Below are positions 64,000 through 64,000 of a DNA stretch of 64,000 bases, piece by piece (the first letter of the stretch is position 1; every line of letters begins with the position of its first letter). The position numbers and the translations under genes are program-made. The notes under the pieces are model-generated. The model saw nothing but the letters and a program-made list of their open reading frames with translations, had not been told where the DNA came from and did no database searches. Source of the DNA: an uncultured Candidatus Saccharibacteria bacterium (GTDB lineage: Bacteria > Patescibacteriota > Saccharimonadia > Saccharimonadales > JALRHH01); assembly GCA_964559915.1 (NCBI GenBank), contig CAZLJP010000002.1, positions 2,423 through 66,422 of the forward strand, given 5' to 3'.

Positions 64000-64000
64000 C

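Overview
The window is compact bacterial chromosome with Gram-positive / candidate-phyla-radiation (Saccharibacteria-like) gene content; taxonomy was not verified by any search. GC looks moderate, the standard genetic code fits, and gene density is high.

Core blocks:
- Replication and recombination: dnaX, dnaB, ybaB, recR, an nrnA-like gene and cysS (0-8.4 kb).
- A minus-strand cell-envelope operon: D-Ala-D-Ala carboxypeptidase, alpha/beta hydrolase, two GT4 glycosyltransferases and an AI-2E permease (8.4-14 kb).
- An MFS pump and a UvrD-type helicase-nuclease.
- A complete F1Fo ATP synthase operon (23-30.4 kb).
- Thiol-redox modules: VKOR with a glutaredoxin-like gene, and trxB / nrdH-like / dipZ-like / fasciclin.
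- A copper-handling trio.
- A Sau3AI-like restriction-modification pair.
- A Crp / response-regulator / CHASE-kinase cluster at the right edge.

Observations most worth a second look:
1. Three small acidic ORFs are translationally chained between atpA, atpG and atpD.
2. An intact tRNA-Gln, flanked by a 19-bp inverted repeat, sits inside a second, split tRNA-Gln whose two halves keep a compensatory acceptor-stem pair.
3. A roughly 9-kb accessory island lies downstream of tRNA-Asn. It is made of short, mostly leaderless genes (RNHCP, ASCH, an NDT-like/MazG fusion, RRM, a Ddl-like ATP-grasp, SET). These are punctuated by recurring motifs resembling the tRNA 3' end, which contain a covarying hairpin. 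No integrase is visible.
4. A four-segment terminator/antiterminator leader precedes the RNHCP gene.
5. An orphan Pup-ligase/deamidase (PafA/Dop) homolog sits next to a CobA-like ATPase, with no pup or proteasome genes.
6. A leaderless 19-codon Cys-Cys ORF plus a terminator lies upstream of the operon containing cysS.

All calls rest on motif recognition by eye; no searches or folding computations were run.
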